64,000 nt of DNA from Planctomycetota bacterium (GTDB lineage Bacteria; Planctomycetota; UBA1135; UBA2386), in NCBI GenBank assembly GCA_965228735.1, contig OZ245838.1, positions 6,624,001 through 6,688,000 on the forward strand, written 5' to 3'. A program made the position numbers and the translations under genes. The notes under the pieces were generated by a model. The model searched no databases and was not told the DNA's origin. It worked only from the letters and a program-made list of their open reading frames with translations. Shown in pieces: positions 8,374-16,849 of this stretch (the stretch's first letter is position 1; every line of letters starts with the position of its first letter).

Positions 8374-9555
8374 ATGTCCCGTCCAGTTCCAATGCTGTGG
8401 ATCGGCGACGATCCTGACCTTTCGACCGAGGTCGAAGCCGCGATCAGCGGGCTCTCCGATGTTCGCGTGCTGCCGCGCTTCGCGGACGACACCCGCGTCG
8501 GTCTGCGGCTCGCTCGCAGTCAGCAACCCGAAGTGATCGGGCTCGCGAACCTGCCGGCCGTCGGTGGGCTCGACGCGACGGTCGAAGAGCTGCGGCTGGC
8601 GGTGCCGGGTGCTGCGATCGTCGCGTTGCTCGATTCGCGGCGATTCGACAGCGGCGATGCCGAGAGTGCATTCCTCGTCGAGGCCACGCGCGCCGGTCTG
8701 CGCGACTTCCTGCGGCGGCCGTTGTCGTCGGCCGAGCTCGCGGCCTGCCTGCGGCGGCTCACCGCGGGGGCGGGGCGCGCGCAGTCGGGTGAGCAGGGGA
8801 CGGTGACCTGCTTCACGAGCAACAAGGGCGGTGTCGGCAAGACGACGCTCGCGGTGAACGTGGCGGCCGAGCTCGCGCAGCGCGAACCCGGCAGCGTGCT
8901 GCTCGTCGATGCGGCGCTGCAGCTGGGCCTCTGCGCGACGATGCTCGATCTCGAGCCGGCCGTGACGATGCGCGACGTCGTCGATCAGATCGACCGGCTC
9001 GACGGGACGCTGCTGCGCGAGATGGCCGAGACGCACGAGTGCGGTCTCGACCTGCTCGCGGCGCCGGGTGATGCCGTCGAAGCTGCCGACGTCTCCGAGG
9101 AACACCTGTCTCGCATCCTCGCCGTCGCGCGTGCGACCTACGATCATGTGATCGTCGACACGTTCCCGATGCTCGACGGCATCGCCATCGCCACGTTCGA
9201 CCGCGCCGACACGGTGTGGCAGGTCGTCGCGCCGACGGTGCCGACGGTGCTCGGCGCCGAACGGTTGATCGGCCTGCTCGAAGGAGTCGGCGTCGAACCG
9301 GCGCGCCAGCGCATCGTGGTGAACACCTCGGTGCCGTCGCACGCCGGCCAGCTCTCCGCGCGCGATGTCGCGACCCGACTCGGGCGTGACGTCGATATCG
9401 TGATCCCGTTCTCCCGAGCGGCCGTGGCCTCGTGCAACAGCGGCCGGCCCGTGGTGCTGGCGAGCGCGCGCTGGAGCGGTTTCCGCCGACGGGTTCGCGA
9501 GCTCGCGGACCTCCTCGAGCAACCGAACCGCGCCGCGCTGGAGGCCGTCGAGTGA
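8374..9555 (+). CDS. cpaE: CpaE/TadZ pilus assembly protein (receiver-like plus MinD-type ATPase)
   Basis: KGGVGKTT deviant Walker A, N-terminal receiver-like region (AGLRDFLRRP). Confidence 0.88.
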   Translation: MSRPVPMLWIGDDPDLSTEVEAAISGLSDVRVLPRFADDTRVGLRLARSQQPEVIGLANLPAVGGLDATVEELRLAVPGAAIVALLDSRRFDSGDAESAFLVEATRAGLRDFLRRPLSSAELAACLRRLTAGAGRAQSGEQGTVTCFTSNKGGVGKTTLAVNVAAELAQREPGSVLLVDAALQLGLCATMLDLEPAVTMRDVVDQIDRLDGTLLREMAETHECGLDLLAAPGDAVEAADVSEEHLSRILAVARATYDHVIVDTFPMLDGIAIATFDRADTVWQVVAPTVPTVLGAERLIGLLEGVGVEPARQRIVVNTSVPSHAGQLSARDVATRLGRDVDIVIPFSRAAVASCNSGRPVVLASARWSGFRRRVRELADLLEQPNRAALEAVE

Positions 9556-11093
9556 CCGAGCCGCCGCCGATGCCGGACCCCGCGACTCCGGGTTCCGCGG
9601 GCGATTCGGGCACGAGCCGGAAGCGCGTCGATCGGGCGCTGTTCCGCGGTTCGCGGGCGGCCGACATGACGGCGCGCATCCGCGCGGCCAAAGGCTCGGG
9701 CGCCGCGCGTGCCGAAGCGACGCCGCGTCCGGCCGCTCGCCCCGAACGCCCCGCCACCGACTACGCGTCGGTCAAGGGCGAGCTGCAATCGCGCCTGCTC
9801 GAAGAACTGTCCGACCGCGAACTGCTCGGGGCGGACGAGGCCCGCATCGGCGCGTTCGTTCGCGAGTTCGCCAACCAGGTGCTGTCCGAAGAGGACGTGC
9901 CGCTCAACGAACGCGAACGCGAGCAGCTCGGGCGCGACCTGCTCCAGGAAACGCTCGGGCTCGGACCGCTCGCGCCGCTCGTGCTCGACCCGGCGGTGAC
10001 CGACGTGCTCGTCAACGGGCCGAACGACGTGTTCGTGGAGCGGCATGGGCGCTTGGAGCGCAGCGACGTGCGCTTCCGGGATGCCGAGCACCTACTGCGC
10101 GTGATCGAGCGCATCGCCGCGCGCGTCGGCCGCCGCATCGATCAGTCGGCGCCGATGGCGGACCTGCGGCTGCCCGACGGCAGCCGCGTGAACGCGACGA
10201 TTCCGCCGGTCTCCATCGACTACCCGACCCTGTCGATCCGCCGCTTCGGGCACCGCCGGCTGCGCAGTTCGGACCTTCTGCGCTACGGCTCGCTGAGCGA
10301 TCCGATGCTCGCGTTCCTGCAGGCCGCCGTCCGCTGCCGCATCAACATGGTGATTTCCGGCGGCACGGGCGCCGGCAAGTCGACGTTGCTCGGCGCGCTC
10401 GCCGAGGCGATCCCGTCCACCGAGCGGATCGTCACGATCGAGGACACGGCCGAACTGCTCCTCGATCAGCCGCACGTGGTGCGGCTCGAGAGTCGCCCGA
10501 CGAACTCCGAGGGCGCCGGCGAGATCACGATCCGACAGCTGGTGATCAACTCGCTTCGGATGCGGCCGGATCGCATCCTCGTCGGTGAGGTTCGCAGCGG
10601 CGAAGCGCTGGACATGCTGCAGGCCATGAACACCGGGCACGACGGCAGTCTCACGACGGTGCACGCGAACTCGCCGCGCGACGCGTTGAGCCGCCTCGAG
10701 ACCATGGTGCTCATGGCGGGCACGGAGTTGCCGTCGCGCGCGATTCGCGAACAGGTCAGCTCGGCCGTGCAGCTGCTCGTGCACGTCAGTCGCGGCGAGG
10801 ACGGCGTGCGGCGGATCGAGAGCATCAGCGAGATGACCGGCCTCGAGGGCGACACGCCGTTGCTGCAGGAGATCTTCCGCTGGCGGCGATCGGGTCGCGG
10901 CGAACGCCGCATCGAGGGCCGATTCGAGCCGACGGGCATCACGCCGCGCATCGCCGACCGGCTGCGGAAACGGGGCGCCGACGTGCCGCAGCAGTGGTTC
11001 CACGGCGCCGGCGCGGCGAGCCTGCACGGTGGCGGGGCCGACGCAACGCGCGAGGCCGACGGCGGCCATGCGGATCCGCGGGGGCGGTCGTGA
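9552..11093 (+). CDS. cpaF: Tad secretion ATPase CpaF/TadA
   Basis: [47 protein letters not shown]. Confidence 0.95.
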   Translation: MTEPPPMPDPATPGSAGDSGTSRKRVDRALFRGSRAADMTARIRAAKGSGAARAEATPRPAARPERPATDYASVKGELQSRLLEELSDRELLGADEARIGAFVREFANQVLSEEDVPLNEREREQLGRDLLQETLGLGPLAPLVLDPAVTDVLVNGPNDVFVERHGRLERSDVRFRDAEHLLRVIERIAARVGRRIDQSAPMADLRLPDGSRVNATIPPVSIDYPTLSIRRFGHRRLRSSDLLRYGSLSDPMLAFLQAAVRCRINMVISGGTGAGKSTLLGALAEAIPSTERIVTIEDTAELLLDQPHVVRLESRPTNSEGAGEITIRQLVINSLRMRPDRILVGEVRSGEALDMLQAMNTGHDGSLTTVHANSPRDALSRLETMVLMAGTELPSRAIREQVSSAVQLLVHVSRGEDGVRRIESISEMTGLEGDTPLLQEIFRWRRSGRGERRIEGRFEPTGITPRIADRLRKRGADVPQQWFHGAGAASLHGGGADATREADGGHADPRGRS

Positions 11094-11857
11094 GCAGCAC
11101 CGCGATGGGGCAGCGGCCGATCGCGCGCGCTGCTCCCGAACCCGTGCGCGTCGGTCACGACGCGGCCCGCGGTCGCCTCTGGGTCGGCATCGTCGTCGGC
11201 ACGATCGTGGCGCTTCTGGTCGCTCTGCTGTGGGACCAGATCGAGGTCGCGATCGCGTTCGGCGCGCTGACCGGGGTCTTGGCGTGGATCGTGGACGGGT
11301 GGTCGGTGGCGTCTCGCACGATCCGGGTCGAGACCCAGCTGGCCGATGCGCTCGACCTGCTCGGCTCGAGTGTGGCCGCCGGCGTCGGCCTCGTGGAGGC
11401 AATGCAGGGCGTGGTGCGGGACGTGCGGCAGCCGTTGCGGGGCGTGCTGGCCGCGGCGGCCGAGCGGTTGCGCCTCGGCGATGACCCGCAGCGCGTGTTC
11501 GAGGAGGCGCAACGGGCGCTGCCGCTGTCGGCGTTTCGGCTGCTCACGCATTACCTCAGCGTCCAGTGGCAGAGCGGCGGCGCGATGGCGCCGGGCCTGC
11601 ACGCGATCGCCGAGACGGTGCGCGACCGCGTCAACCTCGCGCGGCGCATCCACAGTCAGAGCGCCGAGGCCCGCTTCTCCGTGCTCGGGATCCTCGCCGT
11701 CGTCTACTTCATCGCGATCCTCGCCTGGACCAACAGCCCCGAGCGCGTCGAGGACTTCGTGTTGTCCGAGATCGGTGGCGGCATCGTCGCCGGTTGTGTG
11801 TTCCTGCAGGCCGTCGGCCTCGTCTGGATGGCGCGGTTGACGCGGATCGAGCTGTGA
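11090..11857 (+). CDS. tadB: TadB inner membrane platform protein
   Basis: T2SSF-like: [30 protein letters not shown] overlap. Confidence 0.88.
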   Translation: MSSTAMGQRPIARAAPEPVRVGHDAARGRLWVGIVVGTIVALLVALLWDQIEVAIAFGALTGVLAWIVDGWSVASRTIRVETQLADALDLLGSSVAAGVGLVEAMQGVVRDVRQPLRGVLAAAAERLRLGDDPQRVFEEAQRALPLSAFRLLTHYLSVQWQSGGAMAPGLHAIAETVRDRVNLARRIHSQSAEARFSVLGILAVVYFIAILAWTNSPERVEDFVLSEIGGGIVAGCVFLQAVGLVWMARLTRIEL

Positions 11858-12771
11858 CCTCTACCGTCGTCATCGCGATTGCTTCCGCGCTGGCGATCGC
11901 GTTGCTCGTAGCCTGGCTGCGGCAGCGTTCGATCCGGCTCGCGGCGCAGGAACGGCTGGCCTCGAGCTCGCTGAGTGGAGTGGCGTCCCGCCCCGTCGCC
12001 GTTTCGGGTGTGCCTGACGATGCGGTTGCGCGGTGGCTCTTCCTCGCGGGAGAACGCGGCCCCGGCGCGGTCGGTCGCTTCTGGTGGTCGACGACCGTGT
12101 TCGGTCTGGTGGGCCTGGTCCTCGGGCTGGTCGCGCTCGCGTCCGGGCTGCTGGGGCTCGTGAACGACGCGCTCGTCGGGATCCCGGGCCGCGTCGGCTA
12201 CCTGTTCGTGCCGATCGTGTTCCTCGTGCCCGTGCTGCTGCCGCTCACGTTCGCGGCGTGGCCGACGGCGCGGATCCGCCGGCGACGCCGAGCGCGGGTG
12301 CAGCTGCTGCTGCGCGATCTGTATCCCGTGCTCGAGCTGTTCGCGAGCCTCGCGCAGGCCGGGTTGGCGTTCGACGCCGCGCTGGCGCGCGTCTTGTCGA
12401 CGCTCGGTCCGGAGCAGCCACTCGGACGCGAACTGCTGACGTTCCAGGCGGAGGTCATGGGCGGCGCTGATCGCCCGGAGTGCTTCCGGCGGCTCGCGCG
12501 ACGGGTCGCGTTGCCGCAGATGAGCAGCTTCTGTTCGGCTCTGATCCGGGCGCACGAGGTCGGCATCGGCCTCGCGACCACGCTGCGGCGGCAGGCGGAC
12601 GACCTGCGCAGCGAACTTCGCGAACGGGCGCTCGCGCGCGCCCAGTCGCTGCCGGCGCGCCTCGTGTTCCCGCTGGTCCTGTGTTTCCTGCCGGGCATCT
12701 TCGTGATGAGCCTCGGTCCGGCGTTCTATGGCTTCCTCGTCGGTACTACCGGCTTCGGCGTTTCTCGATGA
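11854..12771 (+). CDS. tadC: TadC inner membrane platform protein
   Basis: [31 protein letters not shown] overlap. Confidence 0.88.
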   Translation: MTSTVVIAIASALAIALLVAWLRQRSIRLAAQERLASSSLSGVASRPVAVSGVPDDAVARWLFLAGERGPGAVGRFWWSTTVFGLVGLVLGLVALASGLLGLVNDALVGIPGRVGYLFVPIVFLVPVLLPLTFAAWPTARIRRRRRARVQLLLRDLYPVLELFASLAQAGLAFDAALARVLSTLGPEQPLGRELLTFQAEVMGGADRPECFRRLARRVALPQMSSFCSALIRAHEVGIGLATTLRRQADDLRSELRERALARAQSLPARLVFPLVLCFLPGIFVMSLGPAFYGFLVGTTGFGVSR

Positions 12772-13454
12772 CTCTGTCTCGCGTACTTCCACTCTCCTCG
12801 TTCGCCGTCGCGCTCGCATTGACGTCGTGCGCCGTCTGGGATCCCGACTACGAGCCCGATCCCGACGTCGTTCTGCGTGACCTCGTGGACGGCCTCGACG
12901 ATCGCAGCGAGCCGCTGAACCCGGTCGAGCGGCAGCGCCTGCAGCACGCGATCGAACGCCTCGCCACGCGGCATCCGACCCACGTGCCGAGTCAGGTCGC
13001 GGCGGGCGCGTGCGCGATCGGCGCGGGCGAACCGCAGCGGGCGCAGGGCTACGTCGATCGCGCGCTGTCGCTCGAGCCGCGGCACGTCGAGGCGCGGGCG
13101 TTGCGCGTGCGCATCGCGGTCGCGGACGGCAGTCTCGATCTCGCGCGGCGCCTCGTCGACGACGGCCTGCGCCTGCGCCCGGACGCCGCCAGGCTGCACG
13201 AGTCCTCGGCCTGGCTACATCAGCTCGAGCAGCGCTGGGACGATGCGTTGGCCGCCCTCGACACCGCGGCCGAGCTCGACGCCCCGGCCTGGCGACTCGC
13301 GTTCCACCGCGGCCTCATCGAAGAACAACGCGGCAACCCCGAAGCGGCGGAGACCCACTTCCGCGCCGCGCTCGACGCGAACGAGAACTGCACGCCGGCA
13401 GCCCAACGCCTGAAGGCGCTCGTCGCCCAGCGCAAGATCGCCGAACGCCGGTGA
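12768..13454 (+). CDS. TPR lipoprotein (TadD-like pilotin)
   Basis: Lipobox LTSC, TPR-like helical repeats, last gene of the tad operon. Confidence 0.75.
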   Translation: MTLSRVLPLSSFAVALALTSCAVWDPDYEPDPDVVLRDLVDGLDDRSEPLNPVERQRLQHAIERLATRHPTHVPSQVAAGACAIGAGEPQRAQGYVDRALSLEPRHVEARALRVRIAVADGSLDLARRLVDDGLRLRPDAARLHESSAWLHQLEQRWDDALAALDTAAELDAPAWRLAFHRGLIEEQRGNPEAAETHFRAALDANENCTPAAQRLKALVAQRKIAERR

Positions 13455-13456
13455 TG

Positions 13457-13527
13457 CCCGTACGGTACCTGGTTCAAACCGCAAGGCTGCGCGGCAGCCT
13501 TGCGGTTTGAACCAGGTATCGTACGGG
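13457..13527. repeat. REP-like inverted repeat (family A)
   Basis: 34-bp arms cccgtacggtacctggttcaaaccgcaaggctgc with one mismatch and a 3-nt loop, between convergent genes. Confidence 0.85.
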
Positions 13528-13529
13528 TG

Positions 13530-15734
13530 TCAGAAGACCAGGCGGCCCGTTACGCCCCAGGTCTGGGGGGTGCCGTTCTGGCCGACGAACTGGGTCGGGT
13601 CGGCCGGGTTGGCCTGGAACGCGATCGGCACGTACTCCTCGTCGAACGCGTTGTGCAGGAAGACGGCGAGGTCCCAGCCGACGTTGCCCACCTCGCCATT
13701 GGCACCGAGGCGGAAGTTGACGAGGTCGAACTCGTCGGCGCCGAGGTTGCCGGCGTCGTAGTAGAACTCGCCGGTGTGGAACCAGTCGGCGCGCGCGTAT
13801 GCGGCGACGTCGTCCGTCAGCTGCTGCATGTATTGACCGCCGAGGCTCGAGGTGAACTCGGGCGCGAACGGCAGGTCGTTGCCCGCGACGTTCTGGCCGA
13901 AGGAGTCGGTGAACGCGTCGAACTCGGTGTCGAGGAAGCCGGCGCTGCCGAAGACGGTGAAGCCGTCACACACCACGGCGCTGACCTCGAGCTCGACGCC
14001 GCGGCTCGTCGACTCGCCCGCGTTCGTGACATAGCCACCGGCGGTCGCGTCGAACTGGCTGAGCTGCATGTCCTGCCAGTCGATCCAGAAGAGCGCGACG
14101 TTGGCCTGGATGCGCTCGTCGTACCAGTCCGTCTTGGCGCCGATCTCGTAGGTCCAGCTCGTCTCGGTCGAGAACGACTCGTTGCCGGACGGCGCGGTGA
14201 GGTTGAATCCGCCGGCCTTGAAGCCGCGCGAGGCCGACGCGTAGGCCGTGACGCGATCGCAGACGTCCCAGCCGAGGCTCGCGCGCGGCAGGATGCGTTC
14301 GAACGCGCGGTCCTGATCCGTCGCGCTGACCGGCACGGTGAAGCCGCCGGACTGGAACACGCGCGTGATCCGCGCGTCGACCTCTTCGTAGTCGTAGCGC
14401 AGCGCGATCGTCGCTTCGAAGCGGTCGCCGAACGGCACGGCGAGCTGCCCGAACGCGCTGATCGCGAGGTTCTCGAAGTTGCCGCTCGCGTCGTCCTGGC
14501 CGACGTTCGTCACCGGGAACAGGATGCCGGCACCGCCGGGACGGAAGTCGTTGATGGCCGAACGCGTCGCGTCGCTGCGGAAGCCGCTCATGCCGACGAG
14601 CCAACGCGGGCCGGTCGCCGAGTCGGACGACTCGAAGCGGATCTCCTGGTAGATGTAGTCCTGCTTCTCGTTCGTGAAGCGGCGCACGCCGTCGAGCTGC
14701 GAGAAGTCGAAGTCGGCCGACTCGTCGATGTCCCAGCCCTGCGCCGAGGTGATCGACTTGAAGTCGAACTGCTCGCCGTAGTAGTCCCACACGACCGACG
14801 CGGACAGGATGTCGCGATCCGTCTCGCCGACGAAGTCCTGCGCGATCCGATACGGGTTGTTGCGCAGGCCGGAGGGGCCGCCGAGCGGCGCCAGGACGAA
14901 GCCACCGTCGCGCGTCTCCTCGCCGTGCAGAACCACGCGCACGACGGACGAGTCGCCGGCGTTCCACAGCAGCTGCGCCCGGCCGAACGCGCTGTCGCGC
15001 GAGTCGACGTCGCTGTTGGTCACCGTGTTGGTCGTGTAGCCGTCGCGCTTCTCGTAGGAGCCGCTGAAGCTGAAAGCGAGCTCGTCCTCGATGATCGGGC
15101 CGGTCGCGGTGACCTCGTGATACTGGCTGTCGTAGTTGCCGAGCGTCGTCCGGAAGTCGGCGCCGTAGTCGAACCGCGGTTGCTTCGTGATCAGGTTGAT
15201 CGCACCGCCGACCGTGTTCCGACCCCAGAGCGCGCTGTTCGGCCCGCGCATGATCTCGACGCGGTCGAGCCCGGCGAACGACAGGTTGGTGTTGCTCGTG
15301 CTGAGCTGCGGCACGTCGTCGACGAACGTCGCGACGGCCGGATCGCCCTCACCCGAGCCGACGCCACGGATGTAAGGAAAGCTCAGGCGCCGGGCCGAGA
15401 AGCCCGTGACGAACGTGTTGGGCACGTAGCGCGCGGCCTCGTCGATCGCGCGAATGCCGGCCTGCCGGATCGTCTCGGCCGAGATCGGCGTGATGCTCAT
15501 CGGCACGTCCTTGACGTTCTCATCGCCCCACTTCTGGGCGCTCACGACGATCGGCTCGGTCGTGCGGCGCGGTTCCTGACCGTCACCTGCCCCGGCACTC
15601 GGAGTGCCGGACGGGATCGGTGCATTCACCTTCGCCGGCGGATCCTGCGGCGGGTCCTGGGCGACGACGAGATCGGTGAGGGCGAGAGCGGCGGCGAGGC
15701 AGCCGCTCGTCGTGGCGAGGGAGGTGTGCGTCAC
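13530..15734 (-). CDS. TonB-dependent outer membrane receptor
   Basis: Signal peptide, TonB-box-like EPIVVSA, plug motif DRVEIMRGPNSALWGRNTVGGAINLIT, terminal Phe; GTG start inferred (ATG 15833 alternative). Confidence 0.93.
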   Translation of the reverse strand: MTHTSLATTSGCLAAALALTDLVVAQDPPQDPPAKVNAPIPSGTPSAGAGDGQEPRRTTEPIVVSAQKWGDENVKDVPMSITPISAETIRQAGIRAIDEAARYVPNTFVTGFSARRLSFPYIRGVGSGEGDPAVATFVDDVPQLSTSNTNLSFAGLDRVEIMRGPNSALWGRNTVGGAINLITKQPRFDYGADFRTTLGNYDSQYHEVTATGPIIEDELAFSFSGSYEKRDGYTTNTVTNSDVDSRDSAFGRAQLLWNAGDSSVVRVVLHGEETRDGGFVLAPLGGPSGLRNNPYRIAQDFVGETDRDILSASVVWDYYGEQFDFKSITSAQGWDIDESADFDFSQLDGVRRFTNEKQDYIYQEIRFESSDSATGPRWLVGMSGFRSDATRSAINDFRPGGAGILFPVTNVGQDDASGNFENLAISAFGQLAVPFGDRFEATIALRYDYEEVDARITRVFQSGGFTVPVSATDQDRAFERILPRASLGWDVCDRVTAYASASRGFKAGGFNLTAPSGNESFSTETSWTYEIGAKTDWYDERIQANVALFWIDWQDMQLSQFDATAGGYVTNAGESTSRGVELEVSAVVCDGFTVFGSAGFLDTEFDAFTDSFGQNVAGNDLPFAPEFTSSLGGQYMQQLTDDVAAYARADWFHTGEFYYDAGNLGADEFDLVNFRLGANGEVGNVGWDLAVFLHNAFDEEYVPIAFQANPADPTQFVGQNGTPQTWGVTGRLVF

Positions 15735-15893
15735 GGCGAGATCGGGCGAAACGAGTTCGCGGGCGGCGAACACTACGCAGTCGTGCGGTCGGTCGCGAGA
15801 CCGGCATTCGGGTTCTCGCGCTTCCTGGCTCATGCGTGACGGCTTCGTGACAGTGGCCGTGGACGTTCGCCCGAAACCGGGCATGATGGCGGG

Positions 15894-16220
15894 ATGGCCA
15901 GTGGATTCGGCGACATGAGCAGCCTGCTCAAGCAGGCCCAGGAGATGCAGCGCCGGCTGCAGGACACCCAGAAGAGTCTCGCGGAGCGCGTGATCGAAGG
16001 GTCGTCGGGTGGCGGCGCCGTCAAGGTGCAGGTCAACGGCAACCAGGAGCTCGTCGGCATCCGGATCGCGCCCGAGGCCGTCGATCCCGACGACGTCGAC
16101 GCGCTCGAGGACATGGTCGCCGGCGCGCTGCGCCAGGCGCTCGCCGAGGCGAAGACATTGCGCGACACCGAGATGGCCAAGGTCACGGGTGGGATGAACC
16201 TGCCCGGCCTCGGCTTCTGA
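15894..16220 (+). CDS. ybaB: YbaB/EbfC nucleoid-associated protein
   Basis: LLKQAQEMQ, GSSGGGAVKV, LEDMVAGA; adjacent to recR. Confidence 0.93.
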   Translation: MASGFGDMSSLLKQAQEMQRRLQDTQKSLAERVIEGSSGGGAVKVQVNGNQELVGIRIAPEAVDPDDVDALEDMVAGALRQALAEAKTLRDTEMAKVTGGMNLPGLGF

Positions 16221-16239
16221 CCGCGTTCGCCGCACGCCC

Positions 16240-16836
16240 ATGGTCGCCCGCGATCGCACGATCGAGACCCTCATCGAGCGCCTCAACCGGCTGCCGGGGA
16301 TCGGGCCGAAGAGCGCCGAACGGCTCGCGTTCCACCTACTGAAGATCGATCGCGACGAAGCGCTGCAGCTGGCGCGCGCGATCGAGGCGGTGCGCGCAGC
16401 CGTCCGCACGTGCAGCGTCTGCTTCAACCTCGATGCCTCGGATCCGTGCAGCGTGTGCGCGGACGACACGCGCGACCGCACGCTGCTGCTCGTCGTCGAG
16501 GATCCGCGCGAGCTCGCGCGCTTCGAGGACGTCGGGTTCACCGGCATCTACCACGTGCTGCAAGGTCGGATGTCACAGTTCGAGAGCATCGGGCCCGACG
16601 ACCTCACGACCTCGGCGCTGCTCAAGCGGGTGCAACAGGAGCCGCCCGCCGAGGTCTGTCTCGCGACCAACCCCGATCTCGAGGGCGAGGGCACGGCGCG
16701 CGTCCTGGCCGAACGGCTGCAGCCGCTCGGCGTGAAGGTCACGCGGCTCGCGCGCGGCCTGCCGGCCGGCTCGTCGATCTCGCAGGTCAGCAGTTCGATC
16801 CTCGCGGACGCGATCGAGGGGCGGCGCACGTTGTGA
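16240..16836 (+). CDS. recR: Recombination mediator RecR
   Basis: LPGIGPKSAERLAFHLL, CSVCFN..PCSVC zinc finger, ATNPDLEGEGTA. Confidence 0.96.
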   Translation: MVARDRTIETLIERLNRLPGIGPKSAERLAFHLLKIDRDEALQLARAIEAVRAAVRTCSVCFNLDASDPCSVCADDTRDRTLLLVVEDPRELARFEDVGFTGIYHVLQGRMSQFESIGPDDLTTSALLKRVQQEPPAEVCLATNPDLEGEGTARVLAERLQPLGVKVTRLARGLPAGSSISQVSSSILADAIEGRRTL

Positions 16837-16849
16837 GGCCGCGACGGCA

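Noticed and set aside
693..15734. Tad block as a mobile genomic island
   Set aside because: No integrase, transposase, tRNA or flanking direct repeats; codon style mostly host-like
15735..16547. N-terminal extension of the TonB receptor ORF to 1005 aa
   Set aside because: Overlaps ybaB and recR on the other strand; the signal peptide begins near 15734
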